The notes under the pieces are model-generated. The model was not told the origin of the DNA, did no database searches, and worked only from the letters and a program-made list of their open reading frames with translations. 64,000 nucleotides of DNA, taken from Phoronis australis (taxonomy: Eukaryota; Animalia; Phoronida). The stretch lies in NCBI GenBank assembly GCA_002633005.1, contig NMRA01000104.1:556841-620840 (forward strand), in the 5' to 3' direction. The position numbers and the translations under genes are program-made. This document shows, one piece after another, positions 23,901 to 35,200 of this stretch. The first letter of the stretch is position 1. Each line of letters begins with the position of its first letter.

Positions 23901-26101
23901 CATCCCTAAGAAGTAGATTTGCCACGATCAGTTTAAAAAGTATTTTTTACGATACTTCGCATTCCATGCCTCTTCAATTGAGTCACAGGGTTGTGAAAGA
24001 AAAAGAAGAAGAGGTTCCACAGCAACAAGTTTTTCGTACATGACATTAAAATACAAAGCTAGCCTGTAATAACTCCACACACACTCCAGAACATAGTTAT
24101 CCCTTGGAACACAAGTTCGACAACATGTTGCAAATCAGTATGTTACCTGTGGTATCTGCAAGGCTTAGATGAACCAAAANAAGACAGCACAACAAGGCAG
24201 GAAACAACTAAAACATCAAAACAGAGAAATAACAACACGTGTCACAATATCTGGTACTTTAAATAATTGAGAGGTTAGCATCCCTAAGTAGTAGATTTGC
24301 CACGATCAGTTTAAAAAGTATTTTTTACGATACTTCGCATTCCATGCCTCTTCAATTGAGTCATAGGGTTGTGAAAGAAAAAGAAGAAGAGGTTCCACAG
24401 CAACAAGTTTTTCGTACATGACATTAAAATACAAAGCTAGCCTGTAATAACTCCACACACACTCCAGAACATAGTTATCCCTTGGAACACAAGTTCGACA
24501 ACATGTTGCAAATCAGTATGTTACCTGTGGTATCTGCAAGGCTTAGATGAACCAAAACACAGTATCAAGTACTGTCAAACACAGAAAATGTCGGTTAATG
24601 AAAAAAAAGTTCCTCTTAATATGTTTAATAACACCAGAACCATTCAATAACCTATATACATCAATATATTCCAAACAAATGTCATATTTCCCAAGCTATT
24701 TTTTCAACAGTACCATTGCCGAAAGTTAATGTTGTGATTTGAAAAAAGACATCAAACTTTAACCTACTGACCTAGTTTTTACTCGTGTGCCATTTGTAAA
24801 CGAGCGTTTTCGAGGGTTTCATCAGCACTAGTCGGATATAATGGACCCTAACTTATTCCAAATAAATCCACTAAATATAGGTCTAAATGAATGATTTTGG
24901 TATCATTGCATTCCTCAGACATCTGGCTATCCGTACAAATCCTTTTCACGACCCTCAATTACTCTAGTCTATAACTATGCTATTCCGAACTCGGTCCACT
25001 TTAGTCACGCGCATCGTTAAATCGGCAGCCATTTCAGGGAACATACTATATCTGGTGCCATCAATCGGCGATTTGCTACAACACGCGTTGTTCCTTTTTC
25101 ATCAGTCAACATGGACGACGATAACATGACGATGACAGATACGATCATGAGAGAGACGACGAAGGTGATGACGAGAGCAGACGTACGATGATTAATAACG
25201 ATGACGTTAATAATTGACGAAATCGACCAATGACGTTGACTGATGAAAAAGGAACAGCGCGTGTTGTAGCAAATTGCCGATAGATGGCGCTAGATATAGT
25301 AAGTTCCCTGAAATGAATGCCGATTTCACGATGCGCGTGGCTAAAGTGGACCGAGTTCGGAATAGCATAGTTATAGACTTGAGAAATTGAGGATCATGAA
25401 AAGGATTTGTACGGATAGCCAGATGTCTGAGGAATGCAACGATACCAAAATCATTAATTTAGTCCTATATTTAGTGGATTTATTCGGCATAAATTAGGGT
25501 CCATTATATCCGACTAGTGCCGTTTCATTTGGCAGAAGGAGAAATAGACGAAGGAATGAGGTTGTAAGGTTTTAGGAACTGGCCCTTTTGATGATTCATT
25601 TAATTTGGATAACGCATTCTTGTGATGGAAACGTGAACTTAAAAAAGATCATGTTAAAATCCAGGTAGCACATTCCAAATTTCTTTGCAAACTGATGTTT
25701 GCGAAAACTCACAAAAGAGCCAACACATGTCTCTCAATAGACATTACTTTGACAGCTGGACAATGCAATCAAAAATACGCAACCAGATATCAATCAAGTA
25801 TATTTTTCTTTAGGCCTACCGTAAATTGGTTAAAAGTTTAAAACATTCAGTATTCTAAAAAATCAATGTCTACAGTGACACTAAAAGTTTCGTTAGTGAC
25901 CCGCGAATATAGAGTAGCTTGTAGTTGTAAACTCTTGACAGTCATCAGTAGCTAAGGTTCGCCGGTAACCGGTCTCAGTCTCCAACCTAAGACTGGTACG
26001 ACTCAATTCAGCATTCAGATCAACTAACATAAACTGATACTCAGATGAGTTGAATGATCAACGTGTTTTAAGATTTTTTACTTACTTAAAAGTCTGATCA
26101 T
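17932..26101 (-). CDS. PDIA6: Protein disulfide-isomerase A6 (P5), 11 coding exons, ~440 aa
   Basis: Exons: 26101-26086, 23829-23694, 23388-23331, 22521-22395, 22181-22048, 20979-20758, 20472-20335, 20208-20051, 19801-19643, 19099-19003, 18009-17932. All GT-AG and phase-consistent. Signal peptide [24 protein letters not shown], two WCGHC thioredoxin sites, Gly-rich linker, [10 protein letters not shown]-terminal KEEL ER-retention signal. Confidence 0.96.
20647..20778. repeat. 49-bp tandem repeat (~2.7 copies) spanning the PDIA6 exon 6 donor site
   Basis: Unit gttgcagtcttaccccatatctactggccatcaacagatgtacacatga starting at ~20647, 20696 and 20745. Confidence 0.8.
24181..24557. repeat. Near-identical copy of 23803-24179 across N at 24180 (probable assembly overlap)
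   Basis: Direct duplication with ~2 SNPs. It includes the acceptor and first ~27 nt of PDIA6 exon 2. Confidence 0.85.
24824..25521. mobile_element. Long-TIR foldback MITE (~698 bp; ~290-bp TIRs) in PDIA6 intron 1, possibly Merlin-like
   Basis: gcactagtcggatataatggacccta... mirrors ...tagggtccattatatccgactagtgc. The centre is a gacgat-rich spacer. Flanking 8-mers gtttcatc (24816-24823) and gtttcatt (25522-25529) are a probable TSD with 1 mismatch. Confidence 0.8.
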
Positions 26102-26188
26102 TTCTAACAAGGACAACCCGCTTCTCCAACCTGCTCTCAAACTCTCAACTCAGCTTGTGTGCGTTTGTTTTCACACACGTTTCCTTTT

Positions 26189-26207
26189 CGTGGCCACAGC
26201 TGATTGG
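26189..26207 (-). promoter_or_regulatory. ER stress response element (ERSE) upstream of PDIA6
   Basis: Minus strand reads CCAAT-cagctgtgg-CCACG, the exact CCAAT-N9-CCACG consensus (NF-Y plus ATF6/XBP1), about 90 bp upstream of the PDIA6 ATG. Confidence 0.8.
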
Positions 26208-26228
26208 TCAACTAGTTCTGCCTCAGTC

Positions 26229-26236
26229 CCACGTCA
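26229..26236 (-). promoter_or_regulatory. UPRE (XBP1/ATF6-type site TGACGTGG)
   Basis: Plus strand ccacgtca equals TGACGTGG on the minus strand, 21 bp from the ERSE. Confidence 0.65.
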
Positions 26237-26299
26237 CCTCTATTTCCTGTAATTTTTCCGACAGGTGTCACTGTCCACCGGAAACAGTAGTTCTGCAAA

Positions 26300-29200
26300 A
26301 TGCGACTGGTAAGAAATTGTGTCTTTATTCTTGTCAATGAATCTTTTTACAACGAGGATTGAGGACAGGATGGAGGTCATAGGGTATTTTCTACTTCCCA
26401 GTCCGTCCGGGAAATTATTTCTAGAACAACTCATCCACTGTCACTCTACATACGTCTTTGACTTTTGTGAGTTCATTTTTTGCATAGCCAGCCAGTTAGC
26501 GCTATGACTATTAAGAACTATCCTCAAAATACAGTTAGGTTCCACTGTGTGTATTTCTTCCGTAGTCCCCGAAATTGCACCCAGCCAGGGTATTTCTGCT
26601 CGTCACCTCACCGTGAAACTTGTATCAACATGTAAAGGTAAAGACCGGACGGGGGTGCATGCAAAATCTGGGAATCAACCGGTATACTCACCTTGCCCGT
26701 TACAGCCGTTTAAGTGAAAAACAATGCAATAAACTTCATTTTCTTGCGTAACACTCCGCCTTTTCTAACAATAAAAAGTATGTCGTCGTTTTGAAAACAG
26801 TACGCTCGTGTCATGCGCACGCGCCTTTTCCTGAATTTTTACATCTCTCGGGAGATGATAGGCAATGACCATCGCCTCTGTTGGCCCGAACCAGAGGCGA
26901 TGTAGAGGCTATAGGCGCTCTGTACGCCCGAAGCTTTTCGGCGAATTATGCCTCGCACCGACTAAACCATCAAAGTCACGTTATAACTACCTTTTGCGCA
27001 TAGACGAACACCTTAGGAGGTTGTCGATGTGTTTAAGTCCTTCCAACTCGAACAAATACTCCCGTTATGAAACTTTTTCTTCGAGCAGTCCCTATTTCAG
27101 TTCCCAAAATCGTGAAATCAAAATTTTCATTTTTTTTAACCAGGCCGAAGGTCAGAAGTTGCGATCCTACCGGCGAACTTTGAAAGCTGAAGTTCCCGCC
27201 CTTTGCGTACGTGCTGCCNAGTATTTGTTCGAGTTGGAAGGACTTAAACACATCGACAACCTCCTAAGGTGTTCCTCTATGCGCAAAAGGTATTTATAAC
27301 AACGTGACTTTGATGGTTTAGTCGGTGCGAGGCATAATTCGCCGAAAAGCTTCCGGCGTACAGAGCGCCTATTGCCTATACATCGCCTCTGGTTCGGGCC
27401 AACAGAGGCGATGGTCATTGCCTAGGGAGATGATACCTTGGCAGCAGCAAAATTTCTTCTGAAATTCGGTTTTTCGGTATCAAAATTCTAAAAACTTATA
27501 ATGCAGTTTTGATAATTTGTTGTGACGTGTACGCAACCTCGTGAAAGGAGAACAGTTGATTGAAGAATCGGCAAAAAAAGAAACTGGCCAATACGTGACA
27601 CAATATTTCATGGCGCCGAAAGCCGTTGTTAAAGATCGCTCCACAACTTTTGCATCAGAATAATGGTAGAACACCATGTTTTCCAACACCGTTAAATAAT
27701 TCAGTTTACTCAAGGAAGACTGTAGTTTTTTAATGACACTAATTTTGTGTCAGATTTTATCTCACCACTTTTTTACCCACATCGGTGCAAAGCTGTATGT
27801 TTAATATAACAGCATTGTACTAAGGCTAAGTTTTGCATTGCATTGGCATTGGCACTGGCACCCTTGGCTTGCCTTTGGCGCATTATCTCAGGCCAGTGTC
27901 AGTGCTAGGGTGCTCAGCGATCCCTCGTACTAGTAGCCTTGCTTGTAGGCTTGCTGTGCTCTGTGGTCTTCGGCTTGGTATCGTTGTATTCCTACAGGTT
28001 CTCTAGCTTAAGGTGTCTTGAAGTACTCACCAGTTAATAAAACACATCTATCCGAGCTCCTGTAAAACCCTATCTAGCCACACTATATAGAATACTACAA
28101 GGTATGACACTCTGGACAAGAAATTCCATGGGTGCTTCAATTCAGCCGTCCATAGCAAACACAAAACTCAATAAATTTACACAATAGAGAGGTTCAACAA
28201 ACCATGAGGAATTGTTCTTTCCCCCTATACCATTTACAGCTTCCTGCTCCACCTAATTCGCAACAAATTTGCTGTCAAAGCAAAAAATTCTCCCTAAAAA
28301 GTTGCTTTCTGTTTTCCAATTTTGCACAGAACAGAAATTTTGAGGAAAATTTGCTTCGGTGAAGTTATCACCATCTCCAAAATATTCTTCAAAAACAAAA
28401 TCGGTCAAATGGCACGTGCTCATGTCATGAACATACTGTCTTGGCATCTGAATTTTCTTTGTTATAAAAACGGCTGTCTAACTACCTTACCTGTAGTCTT
28501 GGTTTAGAACTACATAGATCTGCAGCTTTGGAAAATGTGGGTAAATTCTGGCGAAATCGAATGTGACAAAAATTAATGTCATTCCTCATTGAGTAAGATA
28601 CATAAATGATTCTAAAAAATTTACCGCTTCTAAATTTTAGGAGGGATAATAATGTATTGGCTTTCAGCACCATGAAATAGAGCGTCACCTATAGGCCAAT
28701 TTATTTTTTGCCATCTATTCAGTCAATTATTCTTCTTCCAAAAGGTTGCATTCAGCTCACACAAATTACCATAATTGCTTCCACTTCATTATCAGTTGTG
28801 TTTTATTGCTGGGCTTGAAATTGGAATTCCGCTTGATCTCAAGATTGTGTATGTGTGAACTTGGAATATCCGAGTAAATGTAGCAAGTTCGCTAAAAACA
28901 CTCATGTTCTCGTTGATGCATAATTGCACTGCCCAAAAGCAAATCACATGTTATAAATATGAATTTTAGCCAACCTTTATCAGCTTTTTCGACTGTTGGT
29001 TATCATATTTACCAAAGAATAATCAGGGCTTTGAATTTTCCTCTTTTAAGAGGAATTCCTCTTTTTTGGTTTTGATTTTCTCTTATTTGATTTCTAGTTT
29101 CCTCTTTTTCATCTCTTCATAATTTTGCCTTTATTCATGCAAAAAGATATTTCATTTAAATTTTACAACACAAGTATATTTCTATAACACAAGCCTATTT

Positions 29201-32200
29201 ATTTATGGAACTGTACGTAACCTGGAAAATTTTTTGCCGTTGGTCATTCCTAGCCCTGCATAATAGTTTTACCATTCACATACTCCTCCTCCAATTCTGT
29301 GACACAAGTTCCTGTAAAGGAGAACGTGGGTGTTTGGGGAGCCAATAATTACAAAACATGTTGGTACTGAACTACAACTTTCAGATGATTGGTATTTGAT
29401 GAAAGGTACGGTAATTCCAAGTTCACGCATATGCAATCTTGAGATTAAGCATAACTCCAAGTTCAAGCGCAGCTTTATTAAAAGCAAACCAAATTTCTAG
29501 GTAAATTTTGCTTTTACAAAGTTTTCATCACCTCCCAAAGATGTCAAGTCAAGCAAATGGTAAATGCGTGTGTTACGAGCCTTCTTTTTTCAAGTGGATG
29601 ACAGATATTTCTTACAAAAGCTGAAAAATCATGCCACTTCCTTGTATTGCTCTGCGTTTCATTTAAACATCTACTTCTAAAGAAGACAGTGGTTTGTTGA
29701 AAAATGATATTTTAAAAGTTATTATTAATACAAAAGATTTTTGCTTCAACTCCGTATTTTCTTCATCATGTAAACTTCTTGAGTCTGCTTCCCCTGCTAC
29801 TTTCGTTTTTGTAAAAGAAGCAGTTCTGTCTCTTTGCAGTACTGTCTCTCAGGTAACCCCAACCAGCCATGTTTTGTGGTGAAGTTCAAACAGACGACCA
29901 TTATGTTGGACTGTGGCCTGGACATGCAATCTGTCACTAACTTCCTGCCTCAGCCACTTGTACAAAGGTACGAGCAGTAGTAAATTTACGAACTCGGATG
30001 TAGCGTCCTCCCTACTTATGACTTGTCAGTTGTCATTGTGTGTTCTAATGTTAGACATTTATAATTTAAAGTGGCTATGAAATTGCACAAAGACCAACAC
30101 GTTGAAGCCATGAATTTTGTATAATTGGCAAGAGGTCAAAATCAAAAGCTAATTTCTTTGACAAAATTTTGGTTTACAGCTGTTTCATTATAGCCAGACA
30201 CAACAAATTTTGTTTTGAGTTCATTCAAGTTATTTAAAAGCTTATTAAGCTTATATGTGCTGAAGTTGACATGTAAAAGATTATTTGCATTTCATTCATT
30301 GCTTAAATCTGTCCGATGTAAAACTTTGAATTTCATTTTAAGGACTTGGTCGAATACGAATTTATTGGAAATTTCTTATTTTGAGGGTATTTGCAATGTG
30401 TTTTGCTGAACCCTAGTCCGGTGCAGCTGAGAATGTAGGCTTATAGCCATCGTAGCCAGTTCACTCAGTAATCTGACTAATCGTTCTTCATACTGATGTT
30501 GACTTATCTCTCCTTGTTGTCTACAGCACTCGTTTGTCCAAGTTGCCAGGATACACACCAACCTCCTACTCTGGCTCTCAGTCAATCAGTCATGTAAGTC
30601 ATTTTACTGTCATCTATATACCTAAACTGCAGTAGGTTGCTTGCCTTTTTATGCGCGCACATATACATTATGCGGGTGCATATTGTTGTCATTTCTGTCT
30701 GGTAGTGTGGCATCCACTGCTGTATTTCCTAAATTCCTTGCAAGATCCTAATAAGATTTGGCAGATCTAGGTTTTCCAATGAAGCTGACAACAAGTTTTG
30801 GGCCAATCAGACTATCGCTCTATCCCTAGCAGCAATTTTTTTACAGTTGTCGCCATATCTTCAGAGTTCATTGATTGATTGATGTGTGAAATTTAGTACA
30901 TCACCCAGTGGCTGTTTTAGGATATGCTTGTAAAAGTATACTGTTTGTGGTGCAGTTGTGGGCACATTTCAATGTTTTGGTGGATCAAAAACTTCAAAGT
31001 TAGGTAAAATAAGAATCAGGTGTTTATTAAGCTAAAATATCACCTATTAACTCTATTCCAACCATGGTGTAATCATAGAAATTGAGAAGTTATTTGATGA
31101 CTTTCTTTTTGTGACGCGTTGCAAAGTTCAATCAAAACGACTGACATTTGGCATGTTTGAAATATTAGAGAAATCTACAAAGAACCTGGATGATCTTAAT
31201 GCAGGTTAACATGATAAAGGAGCTGGTGATGGCAAAATGGAAGGAATAATTTAGAATATTTTCTTTAATGAAACTAAATTCATTGTTTTATTGCCCTGCG
31301 AGGGGATAAAAGTTTTATGTGGACAATTAAATTTTAGTTCATGAACAATGTGTGGAGTAAGTGTTGTCACCATAATGTTGTAGAGTGGCGCGTTTTGTCC
31401 CATTGTTTACTTCGATATCTGAAACTGACTGTTCATGAGAAGCATTGGTGAATATTCGAGTTAGTAAAAAGTTCTAAACTATGAACATGTCACATACGTT
31501 TATCATAACAACAGAAACCTCAATATTCAGTTTTGTTAACGCATTTTCCAAGCTCAGTGTGGTATAATCTCGCCATTAGTAGACTGATAATTTTTCATTG
31601 TTCAATAAGGGTGTTGTGAAGTCTCATAATTTCTCAATAGCCAAACGTTTTCTGGTGCTAGCTGTGGTATGGAATTTGATAATTATGCTATGCATCATTC
31701 AGGAAAACAGACAAGGAAATGAAATTTCACTTGTCCATCATAGTATGTTATAAATTAGTGAAGTTTTACATGATTATAACTTTTAATATTTTGTACCATA
31801 AATGGTTAGTGGTAGTTTCAACCACTAAAATATTTAACGTTGTGAAGATTAGCATGTTTGTACATTCTTTGTGTAGGAGTTAAAGGAGTGCGAAGGTCAG
31901 GTGTTTATAGATGGCACACCTGAGTTTACTGTGCCTGAGTTTGACTTATTGGACCTGTCTCAAGTGGACGTTCTCCTTATTTCCAACTGTCACTGCATGA
32001 TGGCTCTACCATACTTGACTGAGTACTCCAAGTTTAAAGGAACTGTCTACGCCACAGAGCCAACATTAACGACCGCCAAGTAAGTTTTCAAACAGCCCTG
32101 CTAAGAAGCTCTGACATCCCTGTACTAGTTCTTGAAAAGTATCAACTGTTGACATTAAGTTCACTGAATGTTTTTGTTACGGCAGTTCATATGTTTCAGT

Positions 32201-35200
32201 CAATTGCTGAATGATATGCTTCCTATTACACTACCAGCGTCACGTGTTCTTTGATCCGATGGTCATACTAGTCACACGCCTAAATCATTGCCCTGTTGGT
32301 TGTGCCAGATTTATTGTTGACATTTTCTCCAAGGTTACATATGCTGGAACTTGCTGAATACCTTGAAAACACTCCAAGAAAGAAGCAGGCTCATTTATGG
32401 AAACAGGCTGATGTCCTCAGGTAACTTTAATTTTCTGAGAAACATCATCTTAACATGTTCCTTGTCTTCACACCACTTTTGGCCTCGTGTTGATTGAACT
32501 GCCTTGACATTTCCAGTCTCACATATTATGACTCTGCCATGGAAATTGCACATTTCATTTGTCCACACATACATGTTTGTACATATGACCATCTTTTCTC
32601 TATGTGCGGCCGTCCAGGCACCTGCCATAATAGTCTCAATATTTAGCGGGATTGCTTATGCCAATTTTCAGATAAGTTAACTAGCAATGCTCCTTATATT
32701 TTTAAGTTCACGAAAACTGTTGCTCACTCTAGTATGTGAAAATGTTTGGAAAACTGAGAACTCCTATATCGCTATTTGCAAATTCACCATGTTGTTGCAT
32801 ATCAATGCTCTGTGTTGCTCATGCTGTTTTTTTTTTCAAGAAAAGATGGTGAGTTTACATACCAATAACCAGGCACTGCAATTTTCCTCTTTTATGGGGA
32901 TTTCTTCTTTTTTGGATCAGTTTTCAAAATTTTGGTGGGCATTTTATAAATTGAACTGTTAACTAGTCACCATTTTTCCTATGTAGTTTACTTGCCTTCA
33001 TGTCATGTTATCTTTTAATGAATAGTTGCCTTCCTGCCAGCCTGAAGGATGGTGTAACACCACATGCAGGTAGGAAACTCTACAACAGACATGATGTTGA
33101 GGCCAGCTTGTCCAAGGTGCAGATGGTGGGATTCAATGAGAAACTGGTATGTTACTTCCTGCTGCAGGCTCATAGCATCCTCTGCTCATTAGTAATGTGC
33201 TTGTGTGTCATCTACAAATGGTTTATTTCGACTTGGCTTCAACTCCAGACGACAGCGTTTTTCAGATTTGGATATCAATCAAGTCCATTTTTTAATCATC
33301 CCTGCACTTTTGTGTTGGTCATCATGACTCTTATGTGCCAATTACCTACAATGCTTCAGCCAGCGTTTTATTGCTGTAAAGTCATGATTGCTATTGCCAT
33401 AAGAATACAAAAGGAACTTAGATTGGTGTTTGTGATGTCAAGGGTTGATGAAACTCATGGTTGTTGTACAAATCTTTTGACAAAGTACATGGTTCTGTGA
33501 AATAGGTCAAGTTTCTAATGAGCATCGTAATAGCTGGAGCTTCTTGGGTGGATAGTGTTGATGTACGGTTAGGTCAAGAAAACAAACAACTTCTTATGTA
33601 TATTATATTCTCTTGGTGTATTTAGATTGCATAATGTCATCAATATTACCTGATTATGATTGTATTGCGGCTCACCTGAAATCCATCCGCTCAAGGCTTC
33701 ACTCAAAATTGCCTTTCCAATGCTGATATTCCTGCCACAGTCTGAGGCCTGGTGGGATTTATCGATCAGGAAATTCTTGCTCTAAGTTACAGCCTGAATT
33801 TGATTGTATTTTGAAGAGTTGTATCGGAAAAACAATAACAGGAACATAGTGGGTTGTTTCAAGAAGACTGTTAATATCTCTTGGGTGTCTCGAAGTTTAC
33901 CATTTTTGCTATTAGTAATTGTGAAATTGGTAAACAGCTAATAATACCAGCCTATTAAATCTGTACTTTATGTGGTCTCCATCTTCATCAATAACCAGAA
34001 AGTCTTTTCTTCCCTCTCAAAATGTTAAATTTCTGAATTCCTTCTTGATTCATGGTTCCCCGTGAAACTGAAATTGGTCTCTAATGAATCTTTTCATCAA
34101 TCTATTAATAACTATTTCCTGAGACACTGTCTTGATGACCTCCTAATCAGGCAAAATGATGTTCAATTTGGCTGAGGAAAACATTGATATTCCGGCACAC
34201 TGTTTTTCTGTTTCATCTTAGTTTGAAAAACTGTGTTTCAATGACAATAAAATGTCTATGTATATGACGTAGATTGTTATATGCTAATAGCAAGTGTATT
34301 GTCTGGTAAGTCAGTTACGGAGTTCGAATTTTGAAATTTGAGCTAACCTTCTTCCATAATATGAAATCAATTCAAATTTCTGACATTGAATTATGCTCTG
34401 TACTTGGAAATATATTGAAGTTACTGTGTACTAATTTTCATATGCATATTCTCAGTCAATTGCATTCAAAGAAGGCAATTTTGGGACACTCAAAATACAT
34501 GAGAAGCATGCTGGTTTCAATCAATGACTATTTTGGTTTTGTGTTAAGTTACCACATTCTTTACAGAGTGTGTTTGGAGCTGTCGAAATTATGGCCATCA
34601 GTTCAGGCTATTCTATAGGCAGCTGCAACTGGCTTATCAACTCAGAATACGAAAAGGTAAGTGACTTTAACAGTAATTATTGTTTAGGTCACTCATTTCA
34701 GTACCAATCATTTTTTAGGTTAATCATTTCACCACTAATCGTTGTTTAGGTCGGTCATTTCCACACCAATCATTGTTTAGGTCAGTCATTTCTGCACAAA
34801 TCATTGTTTAGGTCTGTCATTTCAGCACAAATCATTGTTTAGGTTCGTCATTTCACCACCAATCATTGTTTAGGTCAGTCACTTCAACACTAATTATTGT
34901 TCAGGTTAGTCACGTGAGCCTCCAGCTTTATTCTGTGATTTGGATTGCTTTGTTTTGCTTCTCAGTTTGTGTGGTAACCAAAGTAGTGAAAGTACAGTTA
35001 GTTACTTCTATCTGTTGCTGATGGTTGTCATTCTGTTGCAGATCTCATATGTATCAAATTCATCAACACTGACTACTCATCCAAGGGTAAGTATTAAAAG
35101 ATTATTAATCAAAGAACCACAGTTGGTTCTGTTTTTTTAATCTAGTCACCGGTGCAATATTTTTTATTTCAATAGCTGTGATGAGCAAATATGACATGGG

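Noticed and set aside
26865-27418. Two mirror-image ORFs starting [12 protein letters not shown]
   Set aside because: By-product of the transposon's inverted repeats. Both cross an N and have no recognisable protein motif.
27840-28500. Possible small nested minus-strand gene in INTS9 intron 1 (donors at ~28031 and ~28490; frame [19 protein letters not shown])
   Set aside because: The implied intron is only ~39 nt, and no consistent start codon or gene model could be built.
34674-34914. CRISPR-like array (also 42251-42555 and 58820-59035)
   Set aside because: Head-to-tail degenerate minisatellites without unique spacers, inside eukaryotic introns, with no cas genes.
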